Below are positions 13,109 through 24,136 of a stretch of DNA of 64,000 nucleotides, one piece after another. A program made the translations under genes and the position numbers. The first letter of the stretch is position 1. Each line of letters opens with the position of its first letter. Source of the stretch: Squalus acanthias (lineage: Eukaryota); contig CM059432.1 in the NCBI GenBank assembly GCA_030390025.1, positions 88,476,001 through 88,540,000 of the forward strand, written 5' to 3'. Under the pieces are notes generated by a model, which ran no database searches, was not told the DNA's origin, and worked only from the letters and a program-made list of their open reading frames with translations.

Positions 13109-14001
13109 GGGGGAGAAATTCAGTTGGTTGCACCTCCCGTTAGCGCCTTAAGAGGGCGCTAATGGGGCACAAAGCATCTAGTGCCCAGGCATGGCGAAGT
13201 TTGCGGCGCTCGCGAAATTAACTAGACATTTTGCAGCGGCGCTAAACACTACCGCCACGATCTCCTGCGCCGGCAGATCATGACGTCACTCGAGTGCGCA
13301 ACGCCCCGGTATCGCCCCGGAGCGGATATTGAGTGGCGCCCCCTGCCTTACCGCCTGACGCTAGCAACGACAGGTTGAGGGGAGCATTCTGCAGTCATGA
13401 AGGGAAAGGGGGAGCGCTATTTAAAGGTGACCGCTTCCTGCCTTTTATTGTTGGTGCCATTTTTGAACTACGCATTCTGAGAGAGAGAGGGAGAGACTTC
13501 TGGAGAGATTCAACGTTGTGTGAAGGAGTTTTGGGTACTGACCAGCACTTTGCAGGTTCATTTTGATTTGCCATTCCTTGTATCGATTTAGCAGAGACTG
13601 TGGGGGCTGCACTCTGAGCTCTTTGCCTGGTACTCTCCATTGTTCTTTCCAGCACATTTGATGTGCAGGTCTCTCCAGGCCGAGATTCAAGGCTGCAATG
13701 AGCAGGATGTGGATGGAAAGCAAGATTAACCATCCCCTTTAAGAACTGGCCCGTGCCATTGTGTGTGTGTTCCATTGCTGACTGACATTACATGAGCTTC
13801 GCCAGCGCTCTGAGGTAGCGCCTCGCTCCTCGGCCTTTGCGCCTTAAGACAGGTGTGAAGCGCCTGATTTAGCGCTGCAATCACCTCCAGGGGCGATAAA
13901 AGTCAAGTTTGCAGTCGGTGGCGATAATTAGCGCCAGGCGCTAATCTTTGCGCCCGGCCGATAATTGCGCCCCAAATGGGGCGATACTGAATTTCTCCCC
14001 C
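13109..14001. mobile_element. Harbinger-type MITE, 893 bp
   Basis: Perfect 16-bp TIR GGGGGAGAAATTCAGT / ACTGAATTTCTCCCCC; TSD AGA (13106-13108, 14002-14004). Confidence 0.85.
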
Positions 14002-14259
14002 AGAAGCCTTTAAGGCTCAAAACCCACAAGCACCTGCAGTTAAAATGAATGCCAACCCAGATTTATATATATCATTAGCATATGCAAGGGGCTTAATGCC
14101 TGTTTAAGGTGGCCATTGGGACGCCTTCAAATCGCCTGATCCAATATGGTGGAAAATGGTACAACGAGGACCAATTTCTACTCCGTATACTGTATTGTGG
14201 CTTGCACCCTGATCACAGAAGCAATTTTTTAAATTTTAAATCATGTGTGGAAAATATTT

Positions 14260-15115
14260 CATAAGAACATAAAAATTAGGAGCAGGAGTAGGCCATATGG
14301 CACCCTCGAGCCTGTTCTGCCATTCAATAAGATCATGGCAGATCTTCGACCTCAACTCCATTCTCTCGCCCGATTCCCATATCCCTTGATTCCCCTACAG
14401 TCCAAAAATCTATCGATCTCAGCCTTAAATATACTCAATGATTCTGCCATTGCCATTTACACCTCATCTAGAGTCAGCTTTTGTTTCTTAACTTGTCCTA
14501 TTATCATCTCCTTTTGCCTTGCACCATCATCCCTTTTGTCTTTTAATCTCTCTTACCTTCCAGCCTATCACAGACCTTCCCTTTGTTCTTTCCTCCCCTC
14601 CTCCCTTTCCCTGCCCCTACACTTGCTTAAAAATTTGACTCTGCCTAATTCTATTATGATTTTCTAAGTGCCCTTCTACTTCCTTAATAATAGATTCCAG
14701 CATTTTCTTAATGACTGATGTCAGGTTAACTGGCCTGTAATTCCCTGTTTTCTCTCTCCCTCCTTTCTTGAATTTGCTACCTTCCAATCCACTGGGACCA
14801 TTATAGAATCTAGGTAATTTTGGAAGATCACAACCAATGCATCCATTATCTCTGCAGCCAGCTCTTTTAGAACCCTAGGATGTAGGCCATCAGGTCCAGG
14901 GTATTTGTCGGCTTTTAGTCCCATTAGTTTCTCAAGTACTTTTTCTCTACTGATATTAATTACTTTAAGTTCCTCACTCTCATTAGCCCCTTGGTTCCCC
15001 ATTATTTTTGGTCTGCTTTTTGTGTCTTCTACTGTGAAGACAGATATAAAATATTTGTTTAAAATCCCTGCCATTTCCTTGCTCCCCAATATAATTTCAC
15101 CTGTCTCAGCCTTCT
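14260..15115 (-). mobile_element. CR1 fragments with an intervening pyrimidine-rich (Penelope-like) segment
   Basis: CR1 3' tail at 14260-14445. ORF 14721-15089 KADKYPGPDGLHPRVLKELA is a CR1 ORF2 linker. Confidence 0.75.
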
Positions 15116-17040
15116 TTATTTTCGAGAGGGTCTCAAAATGGGGGTCTCAAAATGGGCGGCCAGCAGTCCTGCCACCTTATTAAAATATTTAAATCAGAGT
15201 CCTACACCACCTGTAGGACCCTGCTGCAAATTTCAGATACCTATATACAGGGCATGCGCCACGCATGGTCCGTCCATTGGTACTGAACATAAAGTGGCCT
15301 ACAGGATTCTTTAAAGGGAATGCTGGAGGCCAGTCAGGAATCATTGCAGGTAACTTTTCAAAATGACGTTTCTGTGTTCAGAAGGTGCATTAATGACCCC
15401 ACAAAAATCTCTGGCCCGCTCCAGTTCTTTCATGCACCCCCCAATCGGGATTGCCTTCTCTAAGTGAATACCTCCAGCTCAGCACTGGATTTGCTGTCCC
15501 CCCCCTGCCCCAATCGGTGAGTTGCCCGTTAACACTCATTAGGCGCCATCAGGTCGCCAATCAAATTCAAATGAGGCCTCACCATGAAAACGGTCCGGGC
15601 CTCTCACTGCTGCTATTGGGCAGGTGGTACAATCACTCTACCCATCGCCTGCCCAATGTGCAATAAATGAAAGTCGACCCTGAAATGCTTGCTTGTCTTT
15701 ATTTTAACAGATGTTGACTAACCTGGTGTGTATTTATAGCATTTTCTGATTTCATTTCTATGTAAAATGATATCTGGCATTTGTAAGGGTAAATTCACTG
15801 ATTCCATACTCTCAGTGTGGCGGTACATTCATAGAGAGCGCAGGTTAGAGATGGGGCTGCAACATTGTCTCACCAAACCTCTGACCCACACTCTCTTGGA
15901 GCACACACCCTGCTGCAGATACAGGTGAATGAACACTTTAATCTAATTTCTGGTGAGTGCAGAATCAAAAACCAAAATTGCTTACAATTCAACAGAAATT
16001 GGAACTAAATGGGTAACATTCCGAGGTCAGTAGAGCAGCTGGTGTATGACGTGAGAAAATTCACGCTGTAAGCGGGAGAGGGGGCGTTCTCTTCTGAATT
16101 GAAAGTATGCTGTTGGGGAAAATTTGCAGACTTTTATTTTGCTTTGGCTTGTGGTATGCCTGACCCTAGAGTGCTTGGTGTTGACACAGTGCCCAAAATA
16201 AAGCAATTACACAGTACTGACATTGGTCACCTCAATGAGCATAAAATTCACCAAAATTAAAAAGTCTGCATTCTTGTTAGACCAGATTAAAAGAAAGAAA
16301 TCACAGTTTAGTATTGTAGAGCAGATGCAGACACAATACATTGAAATGTTGAGCCATCTAACCACTTCATCAATAGTTGTTACAAGGCTTTGAGGGGCAA
16401 TGTGGGTAGTAATGTTTAAGCTGATATAGGATTGACATGAAGGCCTGCCAAGACTATTTGACACTACTGCTCAGAGGAACTTGTAATCACAAATAAAATA
16501 CTCATCAACATAATTCTTGAGGCAGAATCTGTCATGCTGAATAATTTGCTGCCTCCACAAGTTGTGCTGCAATTTATATGGAGCAGAAAATGTCACCTCA
16601 GCACAGATTCAGTGATCACTAGCTATAGATAGACATCATCAGATTACACAAGTTAACCACAAAGATGTGGAGACCAGTTTTCTCACAGCTTTTTTAGAAT
16701 GCTTCTTTGCTCAACTGACTCTACTGGATATATTTGCCAAAAATTGAATATGTAATTTTAGTTATAGGGCACCGATTAATTTAAAAGTAGTCAATGTTTC
16801 TTTATCAGAGGTGGTGACAGAACACAGCAGTTAATCTAATCAATTGTATCAATGCAGGAAATGATGTTTACTTTTACTGTAAAAATGTCAAATATGTAAT
16901 ATGAAGTATTCTACTCTGGATTGTGCAAAGTTTAGATGTAGCTAAAATGAATATCAAATAAACCAAAACAATTACAAATTACAACGGGGGAAATAAACTT
17001 TTCTTTAGACTTGATCAACTCTACCTAATCGCAAATAAAA

Positions 17041-17482
17041 TGGGTACTGTAATGTAGTGGTTATGTTACTGGTCTAGTCAAGCCAGAGGCCTGGACTAAT
17101 ATGCCACAAAATGTGAGTTCAAATTCCAGTTTGAGAATTTGAATTTAGTTGCCAAAATATTGTGGAAAAAGGAGTGGCCTTGAAGCTGTCTGACTGGTTT
17201 ACTAAAGTCTTTTATGGAAAAGAAACCTGCTGTCCTTCACAGTCAAGCCTATATATGACTCCAGTCCCATATTTATGTGGTTGACTCTTAACTGCCCTCT
17301 GAAAAGGCTCAGTAAGCCACTCAGCTGCAACAAACTGCTACAAAGTATAAACAGCATTATGGGAGTACCTTCAGCACATGAACTGCAGCAGTTCAAGATG
17401 GAGGCCCACTAGCACCAACAGAGAATGGCCAATAAATACCAGCCTTGCTGGTGGCACCCACATCCTGAGAATGAATAAAAAA
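17041..17482 (+). mobile_element. tRNA-derived SINE with LINE-derived tail
   Basis: GTAGTGGTTATG A-box-like and GAGTTCAAATT B-box-like motifs. The tail ...CCCACATCCTGAGAATGAATAAAAA matches the LINE 3' end at 37926-38202 (-). Confidence 0.65.
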
Positions 17483-18689
17483 TTATCAGACTAGTCCAAG
17501 AGTGTTTTGCCATTAAACTTTAATATTCATCTTGATAATCATTATGTTCACAATTTCTTAAAATGCTATTAATTGTATTTTAAACCCATAATTAAAAGGT
17601 TATCCATTATATCACTATGGCTGGGAATTTCCTCAGAGCCACTTCCACTCCTCTGCTATAAATTCAGCGGAAGTGCGGTGGAAAACCCGTTTATGTGCAT
17701 ATACTGTATGGGGATTCCGCCATTCTTGCAACAACGTTACGACAAATCCACCAATAGTTTTTCAGGTTGAAATGATACCAAAAACAGAAAATCTAGGCTT
17801 GAGTATAGACAAGCTATTTCACGTTACAGGCAGGCCCCACCTTCATCCAACATTCCCTCACACACAATTTCCAGCATAAGACAGGCTTTAGATCCTTTTT
17901 TCCCATATCCCTAGCCTGCTGGCACTGAGGCTAACTGGAGCTGTCCATTGCGGTCTGGATGGATTGCATCCACGCATTTTAAAAGAATCTAGGGAAGAGA
18001 TAGCAGAGGCAGTACTACACATATTTAATAATTCATTAGAAAAAGCTGTAGTGCCAGAGGACTGGCAGATAGCTAACGGAATACCTATATTTAAGAAGGG
18101 GAACAGAACATATCCAGGGAATTATAGACCAGTCAGCTTGACATCGGTGGTAGGAAAAATAATGGAATCCCTACTAAAGGAGAGAATAGAAGAACATCTA
18201 GAAACCAAAAATATAATAATGAATAGTCAACATGGATTTCAAAAGGGAAAATCTTGCTTGACCAACCTCATTGAATTTTTTGAAGAGGTAACAGAGAGAG
18301 TAGATAATGGTAATGCAGTAGATGTAATTTATCTAGATTTTCAAAAGGCCTTCGATAAGGTACCCTATAATAGACTGATGAACAAGGTCAGAGAATATAG
18401 AGTCAGTGAACAAGTAGCAGAATGGATTGCTAGCTGGCTTCAAGATAGAAAGCAGAGAGTTGGGGTAAAGGGTAGCTATTCATAGTGGCAGAAGGTGGGT
18501 AGTGGTGTTCCACAAGGATCAGTGCTGGGACCATTGCTGTTCACAATTTACATTAACGATTTAGACTTTGGAATCAAAAACACAATTTCTAAATTTGCGG
18601 ATGATACCAAATTGGGGGGATAGTCAATACTGAAGAGGACTGCAACAAATGACAGGAGGACATTAATAAACTTGCAGAATGGGCAAATA

Positions 18690-19053
18690 CAGGAAACTCT
18701 CTTTTAACCGGCACCCAAATAACCGGAAATCTCTCTTAACCGGCAAAATTCTTGAGTAGGTAACCGGGGTTTTCCTTCATCTCTCCTTTAAAAATAACTT
18801 TAAAAAAAACCCCGAGGCGTTTGCCTTGTATCGGAGCGTGTAGATTGGGAGGGGAATGTGCAGCCCGGGTAGGCAGCGGACACGACAGATGGTCAGCTGG
18901 CGGTCCCCGGGGAGACGGAACTCCGAATGCAGGCGCATGTCAGTGTGTACGGGGCTCTCGTACGTTGGGAGATATAACTCTCCGTTATCCGGACTTTTTG
19001 ATTAACCGGCACCACGCCGGTCCCGTCGGTCCCGGTTAATAAAGAGTTTCCTG
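18690..19053. mobile_element. Tc1/mariner (Tigger/pogo-like) MITE
   Basis: TIR CAGGAAACTCT(C/T)T(T/A)TTAACCGG at both ends; TA TSD (18688-18689, 19054-19055). Removal restores CR1 WANNWQM. Confidence 0.85.
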
Positions 19054-19552
19054 TAATTGGCAAATGAAATTCAGCACAGACAAATGTGAGGCATTACATT
19101 TTGTTAGGAAGAATAGGGAGGTCACTTATCACTTGGAGGGTGCGAGTCTAGGTGGGGTAGAGGAACAAGGGGATCTCGGAGTACAAATACACAAATCACT
19201 AGAAGTTGCGACACAGGTTAGCAAGGCCTTTAAAATGCAATCCAAGCACTAGGGTTTATTTCTAGAGGTATAGAATTGAAAAGTAGGGAAGTTATGCTAA
19301 ACCTGTATTGAACCTTGGTTAGACCACACTTGGAGTACTGCGTACAGTTCTGGTCGCCATATTATAAAAAGGATATAGAGGCACTGGAGAGGGTACAGAG
19401 AAGATTTACAAGGATGATACCAGAGGGTATACATATCAGGAAAGGATGAACAGGCTGGGTCTCTTTTCTCTTGAAAAAAGGAGGCTGAGGGGTGACCTAA
19501 TAGAGGTCTATAAAATTATGAAAGGTTTTGATAGAGTGGATACAGAGAGAAT

Positions 19553-20408
19553 GGGCTGGATGTTCCCAGCCCTGAGGAGGCGGGACTGCTGGGAAAATGG
19601 GAAAAATTGGGAGCGGGTCCCAACCCCGCTCCTAACCCGCCTCTGAACCATCTTCCCGGGAGGTGGGTCCCCAACTCGTGCAGGGACCCATCTCTGAGCG
19701 GCGGGAAGGGGATTAAAGCCAATTAACTGCCTGTTAACAGGTAGTTAACAGGCAATTAAGAGGCCTTTCCCCATTTTCCGCCTGCTGATGCAGGCTTCCC
19801 AATGGCGGGAAACCCCGCCAGGGTCAGCGAGGCGAGCTGTGGGTCTGCTGCAGTGTAAGTGTGCAAATGACAGCTGCAGAGGTAATGTGATGGGTGCAAT
19901 GGTGCACAGGTAAGTATGACAGGTGAGAGAATGTAGTGAGAAATATTTTTATTCTGTTTATATGTATCTGCAGGTGACAAGATTTGATGTTTCTGTGAAG
20001 CCTCATCTGATCAGAAGAATTGACAGATGGCTTCTGCAATCTCACATGCAGCTGTCATCTGTTTTCTCCTAAGGAGAGAGTAATTGGTGTCCTGGGTGCA
20101 AGGGCTCACCTTTGGACAGTGATTGTCAGTGTTTGACAGCACCTCAATGCTGTCAAACACTGACGATTCATCTGTCAAAAAATTATGGGGCCTATCCCTT
20201 TAAGAAAACCGGCAGATGAAGCGTCATGCACTGACGTCATCTGACACTGGCTTTCCCTTAATTGGCCGGCAAGCCCGCAGGGCGGGCCTAACAAGGCCAA
20301 TCAAGGGAAAATAGCGTCTGTTCGTCAGACGTCACTGGGGGGGCGGGACTAGAACCCGGAAATCAGCAGTCCCGCCCCCAACGCGCCTCCTCAGGTAAGA
20401 TCGCGGCC
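19553..20408. mobile_element. Harbinger-type MITE
   Basis: Ends GGGCTGGATGTTCC / GGTAAGATCGCGGCC; TSD AAT (19550-19552, 20409-20411). Removal restores CR1 ERMFPL. Confidence 0.8.
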
Positions 20409-21563
20409 AATGTTTCCACTTGTGGGGAAGAGCATAACTGGAGGCCATCAATATAAGATAGTCACCAAGAAATCCAATATGGAATTCAGAAGAAATTCGA
20501 GGAGATTTTCCGATGCAGCACTGGAGGCCTTGGTCCTGGGGGTTCAAAGACGCCGTCAGGTCCTCTACCCGCAGGGGGGCAGGAGGTCTTCAAGGCAGAG
20601 CAGCAGAAGGCAGTGGGAGGAGATCGCTGAAGCCAGCAGTACAACGAGTTTTGTCTCCGAGGCCTGGATCCAGTGCTGCAAAAAGTTTAATGACCTCATA
20701 CGAGTGGTCAAGGTGAGTGAATGCATCATCAAATGCCATATCCCATCATCTGCACCACAAGCCCCACACACTGCTCAATGCACCGCACCCCCATCACTCA
20801 CCTTCCAGCAATCTCTAGCAATCACCACTAATACCTCACAATCATAGCTCACATCACCCTAACACACTTAACACTGATTCAAGCCTCACACCCACATCAC
20901 ACACCTTGCACACACTGTCAGCTATTCAACCATGGCAGGCACATTACCCAAACGCATTGCACCACACTCACTGACACACTTCCCTTTCTCTTGCAGGCAA
21001 AAGTAGCTCATCACCGCCGGGAGCCGCAGCAGACGGGTGATGGTGAAGCCCGTCTGCAGAATCTGACGGAGCTGGAGGAAGCAACACTGGAGATCATTGG
21101 AGTGGCCATCACAGAGTCCGTGACGAGCGGGGAAGTTGAAAGCATTGCTGATGACGATGGTATGTTAAAACCTAATCCTTCTTCTCACATCCCACTTCCC
21201 CCTCATCCCATAATCTTTTCTCACTTACAAGCTGCTGATGGCTTTCCTGCCCTCCCCTCACCACAACCCGACCCTTGTGCATTTCTCCTTTCAGATACCC
21301 AAGAAGTCCCACCAGCACAGCCAGTCCCCGAAGTCATGGAGGAGGACAGTGAAGGAGGAGAAGACACACTGTCACTGCATCTGACACCCGTAGGCACCAG
21401 CTCAGAAAATAGCACTGCATGTACTTTTGAGGGTAGTATAGAGGCGGGATTTGCACGTGGTGAGTCACCGGGCATGAATGGGCTGCAGCGAGGCCAGGAG
21501 GAAAGGATAGCTTGGAGGCCAGTTCCCCGGAGGGTGAGTTCGCGCACAAGTTCTGCTGCACAC

Positions 21564-21847
21564 TGTTAGAACTTGTGACAGGTGTCCCATCGTATCTCTA
21601 GGCCATTGTCCGATTAGGAAAGGCTAATATTGGAGATTAGTCGGGACAATGGAAGTAGCAACTAGCAGACATGTTGGCTACCTCCCATGTGAGGTGCGAG
21701 TATCAGGTATTGGCCAGAACAATAGAAGCAGCCAAGCAGTGTCACATTAACTATCTGGGATTGTCTAGGTCGTCCTGTTCCTTTTGTAATATTAAGGTAG
21801 GATGTCAGGTTAAACTGATTAACAGTTAAACCATCAAGATGGCTATT
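21564..21847 (+). repeat. 5' LTR remnant (first ~284 bp only)
   Basis: Aligns with 35377-35680, with 14 substitutions counted by eye over about 267 bp plus small indels. It ends at a MITE insertion. Confidence 0.9.
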
Positions 21848-22395
21848 GGCCCAGAAATTTGACTCGGAGGCTTGCTGTGGGGGTAAGGATCGCGCGCGAT
21901 CTTACCTACCGCGCCTGCCGTTGTGTTTTGGGCCCACACGAACTTCTGGTCCTGGGCCTCTCCCTGGTGCCGGCGCGCAGTGTGTGCGTGTCCCAGAGGC
22001 GCAGTTAGTTCGATGCGACCTCTGGGATCACGTGGGCCATGGAGAGCCAATGGCAGCACACCATCTTTCATTCATAGATTTGACAGGAGACCTGTCAAAA
22101 CTATGAATACAAATTGCCCCCAAAAGAACAGCTAAACCTCAAATAATTTTTTTTTAAAAACCATCACATTAATAAAATAACTATAGTTAAATAAATTAAC
22201 CACTTTAAACAAAAATTTAAATTTTTGAAAAAATTTAAATTCTTTTTAAAAGTTATAAAAATAAACTTACCTTTCTTTAAAGTCTCTAAAAAAGATAAAC
22301 CTGTTGAAAAAAATTTAAAATAATACTTAATTAACTACTTACCTTGTTAAAAGGGGGTCTTACGCCTCCTTTCTTCATGTGTAAAATATTCCATA
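21848..22395. mobile_element. Truncated Harbinger-type MITE related to 44016-44772
   Basis: Starts GGCCCAGAAATTT after ATT. It shares CTGGGATCACGTGGGCCATGG, CTGTCAAAA.TATGAAT and the AT-rich core with the 44 kb copy. The right TIR is absent. Confidence 0.75.
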
Positions 22396-22488
22396 CTTTG
22401 GGTTATAAAAAGGGAGACGTTTGCGACTAAGTGAAATAAATTAGTGGACGGTCTCTCGGTCACAAGTTGAGTACAGGAGGTAGGTGCC

Positions 22489-24136
22489 ATGGCGGAAGAG
22501 TTAGTCAGTACTATTCAGAAATATGTGGACAAGAAGCTAGGAGCATGCAAATCATTAGTGTCTGAGGGAGACAGTCTGGGACAGATTACACAAAAGATTA
22601 CGGAAGGAAAAGAAAATTAAACGGCATGATTGGAAAGCCATGATTATTCTGTGGCAAACGCAGAAAATAACCAAATTAAAAGAAGAATATTAGAAGGACA
22701 AAAGGGATTGGCGGAGATGAACCAGAGTGAGGTTGAGAAGCAGTTAGAGGACAAAAAGCAGCATTGCGAGTCTCTGTCCGGATCACTTACTTATTTACAG
22801 ATTGAGATTGGTGATAAGATCAGAAAATTGATGCAGTGTGAGGCAGAGCTGGGAGAAAAGAAAGGGCTGGTAGAACAATACCAAAGGAAAACCGATGAAC
22901 TGAGTGCCGGCCCTAAGGGGTGTTCTTAAGCAACGAGTGGAGGACCGGAAAATTGCTGGAAAGGGAGACAATCATGATGTGTGTCAAAAATAGATTGGGG
23001 AGTTGAAGGATAAGTTTGAGCAACAACGGGGTCTGATGTTCGCTGTATCGGGGCGACGGGTTGGGGAACAGGAAGGTTCAGGAGGAGAAATAGAGTGCGA
23101 TGATTTCACATGGGCTGCTGGGAATATGAACGTAGAAGGGAAGAACAGGGCGACCTGGATGAGGGTGGTGAAGGCATGAGTGTAGAGGGAAAAGGGGTGA
23201 TGATGCCCCTTAAGGTAACAAAGAAAGACGCAAGAGGGGAGAATGTGGGAACCACCACAGTACCATAGCCCAGAATATCCCACAGATTAAGCCTAGAGAG
23301 GACCCGAGTCCCAGTATAACCGCAATACAACAAGTAGCTGACCTACAAAATTGCGATCAGGGGGAAAGAGTGAAATTTCTACTTCATGTGTGTCATCCAG
23401 ATGTGTATAAGACTCTTCCCGCCTCATTTAAGAAAGGCGCTGGACCTGGAGAGGGGTGAAAGAAGCGATGTGGAAAGCCACTGGTCATGGGTCGGTGTCC
23501 GATCGCAATGCCCTAAAAGGCCTGCTGGAATGTAAGCAGGAGGCCAGTGAGTCCCCGAATGTGTTTGCAGACCGATTATGGAATCACCATCAGGCAGCCT
23601 TTCCCGGACGCGATTGTGATAGTGACGATCGGTTCGAAGTAAGGCAATGGATTCAATATCTGATTGGGGCCGTGCATGAAAAGTATAATGCAATTAACGA
23701 TATTTACGATCCCTCCAATGAAAACCACAATGAGGAGTGGGTAAGGGGGTGGATGGACCGGAAGTGGGAACAAGTAAAATCCCAAAAGGCAAAGATCCAT
23801 GTGATCCAGCCCCCGGGTGTACATCCCATGGTGCCCCCATGGAGGAACGAGGGGCACCCACAGTATGGGCCCCCCGTCCAACACTCCACTAAAACTCAGA
23901 CTCGGTCAGCTCCAGCGTGTTGGAACTGTGGGCAAAGGGGCCATTTTTCCCAGCAATGTCCAAATGGGGGATCTAGCTGGCCTCATGGGAAGGGCCTGAT
24001 AGGAAGAGGGACCGATGAGGTGGACTGTTTGCGGAAAGAGATTGAGGAATTAAAACGATATATGAGGGAATCCGGGCAGGTGGGGCGGGTGTACGCCACA
24101 GGGCCCACGCCGAGTAATGCTCCAAGTCCACTCTGA
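22489..24136 (+). pseudogene. gag: gag, with frameshifts and stops
   Basis: Kozak GCCATGG at 22489; coiled-coil segment 22630-22929; capsid-like KQEASESPNVFADRLW; zinc knuckle CWNCGQRGHFSQQC; TGA at 24134-24136. Confidence 0.85.

Larger units (their letters stand above)
17950..20495 (+). mobile_element. CR1 LINE ORF2 fragment, interrupted by two MITEs and 3'-truncated
   Basis: [43 protein letters not shown] and KFADDTK motifs. The frame is restorable across both insertions. Confidence 0.9.
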
